Made by a program: the position numbers and the translations under genes
In this document: one piece after another, positions 19,401 to 29,049 of the stretch
Layout of the letters: each line of letters starts with the position of its first letter
How positions within the stretch are numbered: position 1 is the first letter of the stretch
Notes under the pieces: generated by a model
What the model saw: only the letters and a program-made list of their open reading frames with translations
What the model was told of the DNA's origin: nothing
The model's database searches: none
Source of the DNA: Acidimicrobiia bacterium
Lineage (GTDB): Bacteria > Actinomycetota > Acidimicrobiia > Spongiisociales > ZC4RG35
Reading direction: 5' to 3'
Length of the DNA: 64,000 bases
Assembly (NCBI GenBank): GCA_965203555.1
Contig: CBDBCY010000004.1
Span: 2,432,001 to 2,496,000 of the forward strand

Positions 19401-22256
19401 CGGGCGACGGTTCGTTGACCGTGTCGTGGAGCGCTCCGTCCGATGCGGGATCTTCTGCGCTGACCGGCTATGACGTGCGTCACATCCGCAACGCCGCCAC
19501 CGACAAGTCCGACGGGCAGTGGACGGTGGCGGCGGACGCGGCGACGGCCGGTACGAACAGTTACACGATCACCGCACTCACCAACGGTATCCGCCGCGAC
19601 GTGCAGGTGCGGGCCAAGAACAGCACCCGCTCCGGGGTGTGGTCGGTGACCGCGGCGGGGACGCCGGGCGCTTCCAACGGTGTGCCGTTCTTCACCGACG
19701 GCGAGTCCGCCACCCGTACCGTGGAGGAGAACACCGATCCGGGCGTCGACATCGGCTCGGCGGTGGGGGCCCGCGACCCCGACGGCGACACGCTCTCCTA
19801 CACGTTGGACAGTTCAGGTGCGGCCTGGTTCGACATCGTGGCGTCCACCGGCCAGTTGCAGACCAAGGCCCCGCTCGACCACGAGACGCGGGGAAGCTAT
19901 TCGGTGACGGTCTCGGTGCGGGACCAAAAGGACGACGACAACGTGGCTGACACCGCGGTCGACGACACCGTCACCGTCACCGTGGCAGTCGGCGACGTGA
20001 ACGAGCCTCCGGTGGTGAGCGGGCCGGTCCGCTCTGAGGTTGCGGAGGGCAGCCGTAGCCTGGTGGGCGACTATTCGGCCGTCGACCCGGAGGGCTCTTC
20101 GGTCTTTTGGTCGTTGTCCGGCGATGACGCCGCCCTTTTCGTCATAACCAACAGGAGCGGCCTGTTGTTCTTGGACTTCGTGACGCCGCCTGATTTCGAG
20201 TCTCCTGCCGATTCTGATGGTGACAATGTTTACGACGTGACGGTAGAGGCGTTCGACGGTGCGGTGACGGGGATGTTGGACGTGGAGGTGACGGTCACCA
20301 ACGTGAACGAGACCCCGGTTCTGACCGGCCCGTCGACGGTCGAGGTCGACGAGGGAACCGCCACGACCGTGGCCGTTGCCACCTTCACTGTCACCGACCC
20401 TGACAACGACCCCATTACGTGGCTGCTCTGGGGCGAGGACCGGGACGATTTCAGCGTTTCCAATAGTGGTGAGTTGAGCTTCCGGGCGGTGCCTGATTTC
20501 GAGAACCCCGCCGACCGCAACCGTGACAATGTCTATTGGGTGACGGTTCGGGTGTCCGACGGGTCGGTCACCGTTTCGCGGCAGGCTAGGGTGAGGGTGC
20601 GCAACACCGACGAGGCCGGCTCGGTCACGCTCTCGCTGCTGCATCCCCAGGTCGGTACGCGGATCGGGGCTTCGCTTTCCGATCCCGACGGCGGCGTGAC
20701 GTCGGTTGCCTGGCAGTGGCAGTCGTCGTCCAACCAGCAGAACTGGACGGCGATCGCCGGGGCGACCGGGAGGAACTACACGCCGGTGGCGGCCGACGAG
20801 GGCCGGTGGCTGCGAGCGCGGGCGGGCTATCGGGACGGTGAGGGGTCCGGCAAGACCGCCGCCGCCGCGTCGGCGTCGGCCACCCGGGCCGCTCCCCAGG
20901 TGAACCGACCGCCCACGTTCGGCCAAGGCAGCGTGCAGCGCAGCGTCGCGGAGAACACGCCCGCCGGTCAGTCCGTCGGCGCCGCGGTTACGGCTAGCGA
21001 CCCCGACAACGATCTGCTCACCTACGCTCTCGACCGCAGCGGCCGCGCGTTTTTCGATATCGATCCGAATACCGGGGAGCTTTTGACCAAGGCGCCGCTC
21101 AACCACGAGACCCGCGGTTCGCACAACGTGCGGGTGACCGCCAGGGACCCGTCCGGGGCCGCCGCTTCTGTCACTGTGAACATAGAAGTGGTCGACGTCG
21201 ACGAGGACGGGACGCTCACATTGCCGACCAGGCAGTTGAGCGAGGGTCAGACGCTGTCAGCGACGCTCCGGGAGCCCGACACCGGCGTACGCGACCGGGT
21301 GTGGCTGTGGGAACAGTCCACCGACCGGAACAACTGGACGACCATCAGCGGCGCTACCGGGTCGAGCCTGCGGCTGACCGCCGATCACGTCGGCGACTGG
21401 TTGCGGGTCACGGTCACCTACACCGACACGCACGGCGCGGGCAAGACACTGGAAGCCGAAACGCCCAACAGGGTACAGGCGCGAACCACCGGCGGAGGAG
21501 GTGGGTCCCACCGGCGGCGGAGGAGGTGGTGGAGGAGGAGGAGGAGGCGGTGGAGGGGGCGGTGGAGGAGGTGGTGGAGGAGGTGGTGGAGGAGGTGGTG
21601 GGGGTGGTCCGGTTGATGATGGTGGTGGGTTGGACGTAGCGCCTCCCCGCGCTTCCGAGTTGTTCGAGGACGTTCCCGAAGGGGTGTGGTACGAGTCGGC
21701 GGTGTCGTGGATGATCCTCCACGAGGTCACCCAGGGATGTTCTCCGACCCTGTTTTGTCCGGATGAGAAACTGACCCGTCAGCAGTTCGTGACGTTTTTG
21801 TGGAGAGCGGCCGGTAAACCCTCGGGTGAGTACACGGGATCGGAAGCGTTCTCCGATGTCGAGGAGGGGGTGTATTCGGACCGGGCGATCGGGTGGGCGG
21901 TGGCAGAGGAGATCACCTTGGGATGCACACAGGGTTCGTTCGGTACCGAGGACTGGAGGTTCTGTCCCCAACAGCCGGTCACCCGCGGTCAGATGGCCAC
22001 ACTCCTCTACCGGCACACCGAAGCCGACTACGTTGGCGCTCCGCCTTCCTACACCGATGTGGCGCCCGACAGTTTCTACACGCCCAGTGTGTCCTGGTTG
22101 ACCGACTTCCAGGTGGTGCCCGGATGCCACCCCACCCGCTTCTGCCCAGAGCGGCCCGCCACCCGCGCCGAGGCCGCCCTGTTCATCAACGGAGTGGCCA
22201 TCCGCCCCCACATCTGGGGCGAGGGAAACACCAGCTTCATACCCGCCCCCGGCTAG
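16430..22256 (+). CDS. Large S8 (kexin-like) serine protease with FN3, PPC, P-domain, cadherin repeats and SLH anchor; frameshift at ~21503 in Gly linker
   Basis: Triad VAVVDS / HGTAVAG / GTSAAAP; P-domain (FVEHVEL...DLEVELVSPSG); ORF 16370-21616 and SLH ORF 21501-22256 join on removal of one G in GGTGGGTCCC. Confidence 0.88.
21491..21608 (+). repeat. GGN microsatellite poly-Gly linker
   Basis: (GGA/GGT/GGC)n run. Confidence 0.9.
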
Positions 22257-22443
22257 ACGGGCGCTTCCAGGGGTAGTGGTCGCATGCCGTAGGAAAGGGG
22301 GCAGGGAGTCGTGGCCATGCCGACACCGGGCTATTTGATGAGGTCGAAAATGTCCTGGATTGCCAGACTGAACCACTGCTCATAAATCCCCGGTTGGTCG
22401 TAGAATGTGACTCGTAAAGCCATTGCAGGCAGGGAGCCTCAAG

Positions 22444-22716
22444 ATGACGATGCCGACACGCCGACCCCGAGAGGAGACAGCCCGTCTTGGCGAAGAGATA
22501 TACGAGCGGGATATCCGGTCTCAGGTCGAGAAGACCCATCGCGGGAAGATAGTCGCCATCGACGTGGACAGCGGTAACTATGCCATCGGCGACATGGTCG
22601 TTACCGCAGCAAAGCGTCTGCGGGAGCAACGCCCGGACGCCGATGTCTGGTCTGTGCGGGTGGGATACCGCACGCTGCGCAGCTTCCGGGGCGGTTCCTT
22701 GCGGAGGACGGGGTGA
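22444..22716 (+). CDS. Small hypothetical protein (DUF5678-like) paired with clan AA aspartic protease
   Basis: EIYERDIR...HRGKIVAIDVDSGNY...VRVG; GTGA overlap with next gene. Confidence 0.75.
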   Translation: MTMPTRRPREETARLGEEIYERDIRSQVEKTHRGKIVAIDVDSGNYAIGDMVVTAAKRLREQRPDADVWSVRVGYRTLRSFRGGSLRRTG

Positions 22717-23093
22717 TATAGGGTTTCGTGAACGCCAGGTATGAGCCGGTGATCTCGATTCCCTTGCAAGGCCCATCGGGGCTGGCGCAGGAGATCGAAG
22801 CCGTGGTAGATACAGGCTACAACGGTTATATAACCTTGCCGCCTGGGCTGGTGGCGGAGTTGGGGCTGACTCTTCAAAGCGAAGGGTGGGCGATGCTGGC
22901 GAACGGCAGTGTCGAGACATTTGACATTTACGGTGTCACGATGCTTTGGGGCGGCCAACCGAGACATGTCGATGCTGACGCGGTGGGACCGACGCCGCTT
23001 GCGGGCATGCTCTTGCTGGACAGGCATGACTTGAGCATCCAGGTTCGGGAAGGGGGCCGCGTCGAGAGCGGTGCTGTTGGCGTTCTATCTTGA
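22713..23093 (+). CDS. Clan AA (retropepsin-like) aspartic protease; TAG at codon 3 (22719-22721), possibly pseudogene or restart at GTG 22728
   Basis: AVVDTGYNGYITLP, LANGS, PLAGMLLL. Confidence 0.75.
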
Positions 23094-23139
23094 CTAACCC
23101 CAAGGGTGGTTCCGGTACAATGAGGGGTGGAGGGGCAGG

Positions 23140-24165
23140 TTGGTCATGTTGACAGGCTGTTTTGAGGCGGCGCGCACAGGAGCAGATGCGGTGGGAGTTG
23201 TTGATACAGGATTTGTTCCTACTTTGGCGGAGGCGGAGCGGGCTGCGAAGGTGGTGGCCGGGGAGGGCGCGGGAAGGGTGTTGTTGTTCGGCTCGGTTGT
23301 CCGTGGTGAGGCTCACCGTCACAGTGACATTGACCTGATGGTGATTTACGACGATCTCGATTATGCGGTGCGGGAGGATATGAAAGTCGAACTGGAGAGG
23401 TTGGCGCGTGCTGAGGTCGGTTGCCCTGTGAACGTTCATCTCACTGATCGTCCGGAGTGGAAGATGCGCACCGAGCAGGTGGTGACCTCTTTTGAGAGCA
23501 GGGTGAAGGGCCATGCGCTGCTGTTGGTGGACAGGGAACCGGGAGAGGTCGATTGGGACAAGGAGATGGTGATGGCAACAAGCGACGATGAAGAAGCGGT
23601 GAAGCGGCTGCGCCAGGTAGCGAACGCGTTGGAGGGCATTGAGACCGGTTTCGTGCCCACCTTTTCCCAGCGGCTGCGGGAGGAGTCCGGTCACCAGATG
23701 GCGGCGTTCGCTTCATACGAAAGGCGGCTCGCCCGAGGTTGCGCTGCGGGGCATCTTGCTGTGGAGACATCGGTGAAGGCCCTGATCCATCTAACGTCTT
23801 CGCCGGAGGCTCAGCCGTGGGGTCACCAGATAGACAATCTTCTCCCTCAGCTCCCCGAGCCGCACAGGAGCGAGATCGAATCCCGTCTGGATCGGGCGGG
23901 AGTTGATGAGCTTCAGCGCTGGCAGGAACAGGCCCGGTACGAACGGTTTGTTCCCGGCACTGCCGACGTGTTCACGGAGATAGCCGAAGCGGCCTGTGAG
24001 GTGGCTCTGTACACAGTTGACCAATTTGACTCGGGCTTGGGCATCGCGGACGAGGTCCGGAGTTCGGTGTCGGCTATAGAACAGGCCTTGGCCCGCCGCG
24101 ACCTCTACACCGGCCGAGAGCGGGAGGGCACGGTTGAACGGTCGATCCGTAGGCCCCTGGCGTAG
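23140..24165 (+). CDS. Minimal nucleotidyltransferase-HEPN fusion protein
   Basis: VLLFGSVVRGEAHRHSDIDLMV; HEPN-like AVETSVKALI...PWGHQIDNLL...ARY; start uncertain. Confidence 0.8.
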   Translation: MVMLTGCFEAARTGADAVGVVDTGFVPTLAEAERAAKVVAGEGAGRVLLFGSVVRGEAHRHSDIDLMVIYDDLDYAVREDMKVELERLARAEVGCPVNVHLTDRPEWKMRTEQVVTSFESRVKGHALLLVDREPGEVDWDKEMVMATSDDEEAVKRLRQVANALEGIETGFVPTFSQRLREESGHQMAAFASYERRLARGCAAGHLAVETSVKALIHLTSSPEAQPWGHQIDNLLPQLPEPHRSEIESRLDRAGVDELQRWQEQARYERFVPGTADVFTEIAEAACEVALYTVDQFDSGLGIADEVRSSVSAIEQALARRDLYTGREREGTVERSIRRPLA

Positions 24166-24402
24166 TTCATATATCCACCATATGCCGTGGAACGCGGTTG
24201 CGGAGGCGCCACCCTGGGTGGGGTTTTCGAAATAGCATTCGTGTGTGAAACAACACGAGAAGGCTGCTGAGTATTGCGTTCGGGGGATGGTGAATCACCC
24301 AACTCGATCTCGAACGGCACGGTGGACGCACCGGTCGAGGGGGGTCATGGCCGGAGTCCTCAGAAGCGTTCGACCCACTGCCTGTGACTACCCGCGGGCA
24401 TT

Positions 24403-24423
24403 ACACGAAGTTCGTGTTATCTT
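24403..24423 (+). promoter_or_regulatory. Palindromic operator plus extended -10 of vapBC-like operon
   Basis: ACACGAA-G-TTCGTGT inverted repeat overlapping TGnTATCTT. Confidence 0.55.
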
Positions 24424-24438
24424 CAGCGGAGAAAAACA

Positions 24439-24669
24439 TTGCGGAATGTGACTATCACGCTTGACGAAGAAACTGCGCGGTGGGCCCGTGTTGAGGCGGC
24501 AAAGCTTGGTACCAGCGTTTCCCGTCTCGTAGGCGAAATGCTGGAGGAACACATGAAGAGCGCGGCGACATATGAACGGGCCCGGCGGTCGTATTCCAAT
24601 CGCTCGCCCGTTCCCCTGAAGGCAAGTGAGGGCTCCTATCCCACGAGAAGCGAGACTCACTCAAGGTGA
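24439..24669 (+). CDS. RHH/CopG-type antitoxin (VapB-like)
   Basis: RNVTITLDEETARWARVEAAKLGTSVSRLVGEML; GTGA overlap with PIN gene. Confidence 0.85.
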   Translation: MRNVTITLDEETARWARVEAAKLGTSVSRLVGEMLEEHMKSAATYERARRSYSNRSPVPLKASEGSYPTRSETHSR

Positions 24670-25107
24670 CGGTGTTCGTCGATACCAATGTTCTGGTCTA
24701 TGCCCGGGGAGGTGAGCGAGCCGGAGAAACAGCCTATCGCACGAGAGTGGATCGATCGTCTGTGGAGCACGAGACAGGGCCGCTTGAGTGTGCAGGTTCT
24801 CAACGAGTACTACGTAACAGTTGCTCTCAAACTCCACCCGGGGATGTCTATTGGGGATGCACAAGCGTACATCAGGGATCTGAAGAGTTGGGACCCCATG
24901 CCCGTCGACTCAGCATTGATGAACCGCGCCTGGGCGGTGGAAAGCCGATTCGATCTGCAGTACGGGGACGCTTTAATTGTCGCCTCCGCTCAGCAATTCG
25001 GCTGCAGCCACCTTCTCAGCGAAGATCTGCAAGATGGTCAAGACCTCGACGGAGTGCTGGTAGTGAATCCCTTTACCCACCAACCCGACAGGCTTCTTTC
25101 CGGTTGA
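24666..25107 (+). pseudogene. PIN-domain VapC toxin with +1 frameshift in G-run (~24706-24709)
   Basis: VFVDTNVLVYAR then frame switch to SEPEKQ...SVQVLNEYY...YGDALIVASA...LLSEDLQDGQ...VVNPF. Confidence 0.8.
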
Positions 25108-25111
25108 TTGG

Positions 25112-25508
25112 GCCGCAATGGAGGAGGGCCGAATTCGGCCCTCGGAGCCCCGCAGGTGGCGCAAGCCCCGAATGGTGTTCGTGCCGCAATGGAGGAGGGC
25201 CGAATTCGGCCCTCGGAGGGGCTCCCCACTTGAACACATCCTCATCGAGACCGCAGCCGCAATGGAGGAGGGCCGAATTCGGCCCTCGGAGAAGCACATA
25301 CCGACCGGGGGCGCCGAAGGGCGCCCCCGCCGCAATGGAGGAGGGCCGAATTCGGCCCTCGGAGTAGGACTGTCCGAGGTGAAGTGAAAGTGATCACCAT
25401 CGCCGCAATGGAGGAGGGCCGAATTCGGCCCTCGGAGGAGAGTCTGGTGTGGGTGTTGGACCTGGCCAGGCAGCCGCAATGGAGGAGGGCCGAATTCGGC
25501 CCTCGGAG
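25112..25508 (-). CRISPR. Type I-G CRISPR array: 6 identical 36-bp repeats, 5 spacers (35,37,37,37,35 bp)
   Basis: GCCGCAATGGAGGAGGGCCGAATTCGGCCCTCGGAG at 25112, 25183, 25256, 25329, 25402, 25473; minus-strand form CTCCGAGGGCCGAATTCGGCCCTCCTCCATTGCGGC; leader faces cas2. Confidence 0.98.
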
Positions 25509-25679
25509 GGCTCGCACTTTATTTGGGCGCTGACCTGGGGTTTAGCGTTACCTTTGCGAGCACTTGGTTCGGCGGCTGATTTTGAGCAGCTGTTATTCGG
25601 TTGTCAAGGTGCTTTAATCCTACATCTATCAGGCATTCGAGCGGTTCTTGGGAGTGGTGGTCGGACCTTACCTCTCGCA
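25509..25679 (-). promoter_or_regulatory. CRISPR leader
   Basis: Lower-GC region between array and cas2; inverted motif GCTCGCA (25510)...TGCGAGC (25555). Confidence 0.7.
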
Positions 25680-25979
25680 TCAGATAATTACCGGTCCGCT
25701 GGTGGGCAATGGGTTGGATTGTCCCATGAAAGAGAAGCATCTCGTGCCGCGTTCTTGTGGCTGCCCGAGGTCGACGATGGCAATGGAATCAATGGTGTGA
25801 TGGATAATGCTCCCCAATTCAGTGCGCAACTCCATTAGTTCCATAAAATCAAGATCACAGACGAAAACTGAGTATTGCAGGGACCAGCCAAACGCTTTCA
25901 TAGTCTTGTGCACCCGGCGTAGACGTTTGTCGTCTCTGATGTCATAAGCTACCAGGTATCGTTTTCGTCCTCTCGCCAC
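25680..25979 (-). CDS. cas2: CRISPR-associated Cas2
   Basis: YLVAYDIRDDKRLRRVHK...QYSVFVC. Confidence 0.95.
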   Translation of the reverse strand: MARGRKRYLVAYDIRDDKRLRRVHKTMKAFGWSLQYSVFVCDLDFMELMELRTELGSIIHHTIDSIAIVDLGQPQERGTRCFSFMGQSNPLPTSGPVII

Positions 25980-25982
25980 GCG

Positions 25983-27623
25983 TCACCTCGTCATGAATGG
26001 AACGTATTCGGGTATTTCGCCAAGAAGGTAGGCGCCGAGCATCCTGGCCTGAACTTCGAAGACTCGGCGACAAGTTATCCGGTACTTGTAGGTGGGGTGC
26101 GTCACCTGTTGGTCGAGTCGGCGTTCGTAGGCTTTGATGAAGGTTCTCCGTCCCTGGCTGGTCAGTGCTACACCCTGGGCACGTATGACGAAGCCGCTTC
26201 TTCTTATCTCTTCATTGTTGATGAGGGTCAAGACGACCGATTCGGCAACAAGAGGTCGAAACTCCTCGGCCAAATCAAGCGCTAGGGCTGGCCGACCGAA
26301 TCTGGGACGATGGTAGACGCCGAGATATGGGTCGAAGCCCACTGCGAGGGCTGTGGCTGTGAAGTCTTTGACCAGCATCGAATACCCAAAGGACAGCAGA
26401 CAATTGACAGGATCACGCGGTGGTCGGCGGTTTCGGCTGTGAAAGTCAAAGGTGCCCAAGCTGTCGTTCTTGAGCATCGCGGCAAACCGGGAGAAGTACA
26501 GGCGGGCGGCGGTGCCTTCGATCCCCAGCAGAGATTCGATTGAGGGAGCTGATCTGGCTTGGCCGGCGAGAGTGTTGAGTTGGGCGAGAACGCGATCAAC
26601 ATCTACTCGGGAGTTACGTCGAAGAATTGTACGGGAGTTTCGGATCTTGCCTTCGATCATGCGTTGCGCAATGGGCAGTCCCGCCTGGGAGGCAATGGCT
26701 ACTTGGCGTCGTCGCAGTTCGACGTGTTTCGACGGCAAGCCGTGGGCGATGCCCTGGAACCAGCCTCCCCATGAGAACCAGCAGACCGGCGTTTCTCGCA
26801 TGAAGGCTGCCCGCATGAACTGGGAACTGATCTGGACATTGCCGTAGACCGATACCTGGGAGACATCGATCATGCGGACGGCCTTGATCCGCTCGTAGCT
26901 CTTGGACACCACCGCTCTGCCTCCCCTGATACCGATCCTCGCTCCCTGCTCTGTCACATACAAAGGACGGGCTGAAGGATCGCGGGGAACGAGGCGACGA
27001 GGCCGTTTGGCGGAGCGCTTTGTGTGCAGGTTGGTCTCGTCCGGGAGGCAGATGCCCACCAGCGAACACCTCGGACATTTCGGGCTATCGACCAATGGAG
27101 GTGGAGGTTCGGATTTCGAAGCGACCTGGCGCAACTCCTCGACAAGTTGGAGGGTCTTGGATATGAGTTGGTCATCGAAGGGAATTGTGACTCGCTGACG
27201 GATCTCTGCGAAGTAGATCTCTCCCTCAGAACAGTCGTAACCGTTGTCACGAAGCAAGAGACCGATCGCGCACAACTGAACGAGCTCTGGTGACCATGCG
27301 GGGCCATGCTTGGGCGGTCGACCCCGCTTAACCTCTACAGGAGTCACTTGGCCGTTCCCTCCCTCGATGATGTCTGCTTTGGCGATCAGCCCCAATCTTT
27401 CCGACCCCAACATCACAGACCGGGCCTTGCGCACGGGGTCTTCTTCCTCCGGTCCTGCGATCCGACCTCCCCCTGGATCAACGTTCCGATGCACATAACG
27501 ACCTTCCACCGTGTCGGGGTTGTCCACAAATCGAGACTGGACCCACTCCAAATAGAAAAGCCGCGGACAGTATTCGAACTCGTTGACCATCCGAGCCGGA
27601 ACCAAGGCCGGTACGTCAGACAT
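25983..27623 (-). CDS. cas1: Cas4-Cas1 fusion
   Basis: Cas4 YCPR...PVEVKRG...CPRCSLVGICLP; Cas1 LLGIEGTAARLYF...RRPPRDPVNCLLSFGY...LDLAEEFRP. Confidence 0.95.
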   Translation of the reverse strand: MSDVPALVPARMVNEFEYCPRLFYLEWVQSRFVDNPDTVEGRYVHRNVDPGGGRIAGPEEEDPVRKARSVMLGSERLGLIAKADIIEGGNGQVTPVEVKRGRPPKHGPAWSPELVQLCAIGLLLRDNGYDCSEGEIYFAEIRQRVTIPFDDQLISKTLQLVEELRQVASKSEPPPPLVDSPKCPRCSLVGICLPDETNLHTKRSAKRPRRLVPRDPSARPLYVTEQGARIGIRGGRAVVSKSYERIKAVRMIDVSQVSVYGNVQISSQFMRAAFMRETPVCWFSWGGWFQGIAHGLPSKHVELRRRQVAIASQAGLPIAQRMIEGKIRNSRTILRRNSRVDVDRVLAQLNTLAGQARSAPSIESLLGIEGTAARLYFSRFAAMLKNDSLGTFDFHSRNRRPPRDPVNCLLSFGYSMLVKDFTATALAVGFDPYLGVYHRPRFGRPALALDLAEEFRPLVAESVVLTLINNEEIRRSGFVIRAQGVALTSQGRRTFIKAYERRLDQQVTHPTYKYRITCRRVFEVQARMLGAYLLGEIPEYVPFMTR

Positions 27624-27648
27624 GGTCGTTTATGTTATGACCAGGGTA

Positions 27649-29049
27649 TCAATCAGGTCTGAACAAACCCAGACCGAAATGTGATAGATGCCCCAGTGCC
27701 AGAGGGCCCTCAATGGGACGGTTGAAGACGAGACGAAGTGATCTCGCTGGCCGCGGTCGGCTGGAATAACCTCCTTGTGGACGGGCCCGCCGGAATCTGC
27801 GCCATTCTGGTCTTTTCAATTCTTGGAAGCGGATGGGTTCGGGATATCCCCGATATCCGAGTTCCCGCTTCAAGTCAGAAGTCAAGTGAGCCTTCCTCTT
27901 CTCGTCATCCATCCATTTGGCGCACGACTTTCCGGGAATGTATGGGGTTTGCGACGCCCAGACATCCGATATACCTGTGAATTCGGGAAGGGCCAACTGC
28001 GTTGAAGCAAGTACCTCCAAGCCCAGCCGATATGTGCCGAGCCGACGCAAATGTTCTGGAGCGGACAGTCGACGAAGGCGGGTGACTCCGGCGATTTCTC
28101 GTTCCCCGAGGCCTCCGGGAGCCCAGATGGCCAGGGTGTCGATGCGTCCGTCGTTGGTGGATGAGAATGCAAGGTAGTGCGCGTGCTGGTGTTGGTCATC
28201 GCGAGGTCCTGTTTCCGTTCGACCAGATAGGACATCGGATGGTTCCTTCGTCCGACTAATGACCGCTTGGCGAAGAAGGTGGCATACGGCCACGGTTTCC
28301 GCAACCGGCGGCCTCCCGGTGTCGGGGAGGTGCCAGCGAGCAGCTGTGATTGCAGAGCGTGGTCTTGGTGTAGAGGTTCTTGGTGGTGAGGAACGGCTGT
28401 CAGCGATTGTGTACTGGACCCAACGAGTCTTGGCTGGGTCTTGATGCCTTGACTTCCGGAGTTCGGTTGGACTTTGGCACAAATCCGCAAAGGAGAAGGT
28501 TGGTGTGGGGACCAAGAGACGCAGGACTTCGCCCTCCGCCCTGCCAGGGAAGCAACGAATGGATGCGGATTCGTTCTCGTAGCCATTCTCGAGCAGTCGG
28601 GCGTGGCAAACAGAATCAGCTCGGCCGAGATAAGGTATGGCGCTGACCAGGGTGGAAAGCAATCCACGGTCTTCTTGGTTGACAACATTGGCGAACTCGA
28701 CGATCAGGTCTTGGTCAGGGTGGATAGAAAGGAACGGGTCAAGGGCAAGAGATCGGTTCTTGCCGGGATTGTTCATGCCGTGCTTGTAACTTGGCATGTA
28801 GTGGCGCGTGTGCGCCGATCCTGCTGGAGGTAGCCAATACGCGGGAGGCTCGGCCATCAGGCGGTTCAGCAAATCCATTACACGGCTTTCCTCCAGGCAC
28901 CACAGCCGGGTCTTCCAAACAGAAACAATGGCCCTGAGAATTCGCCAAGGCGACGGCGGCCATTCGACCCTGCCCTCGTTTACGCTGGCGTCCCAAGGCG
29001 TGGCGTGATAGCGGCCCAGCGGAAAACGAAGGGCCACCCGGGTTGTCAT
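27649..29049 (-). CDS. csb2: Type I-G Csb2 (Cas5/Cas6 fusion)
   Basis: GRYHATPW...EWPPSPWRILRA; YLGRADS; Cas6 G-rich loop GPLALGHLSHFGLGLF. Confidence 0.92.
   Translation of the reverse strand: MTTRVALRFPLGRYHATPWDASVNEGRVEWPPSPWRILRAIVSVWKTRLWCLEESRVMDLLNRLMAEPPAYWLPPAGSAHTRHYMPSYKHGMNNPGKNRSLALDPFLSIHPDQDLIVEFANVVNQEDRGLLSTLVSAIPYLGRADSVCHARLLENGYENESASIRCFPGRAEGEVLRLLVPTPTFSFADLCQSPTELRKSRHQDPAKTRWVQYTIADSRSSPPRTSTPRPRSAITAARWHLPDTGRPPVAETVAVCHLLRQAVISRTKEPSDVLSGRTETGPRDDQHQHAHYLAFSSTNDGRIDTLAIWAPGGLGEREIAGVTRLRRLSAPEHLRRLGTYRLGLEVLASTQLALPEFTGISDVWASQTPYIPGKSCAKWMDDEKRKAHLTSDLKRELGYRGYPEPIRFQELKRPEWRRFRRARPQGGYSSRPRPARSLRLVFNRPIEGPLALGHLSHFGLGLFRPD

Noticed and set aside
25148-25472. Self-targeting by main-array spacers
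   Set aside because: No match noticed within this window by eye; needs a genome-wide search.
24666-25838. ORFs running through the CRISPR array (e.g. 24666-25367, 24973-25479, 25118-25387)
   Set aside because: Artefacts of stop-free repeats and the vapC frameshift.
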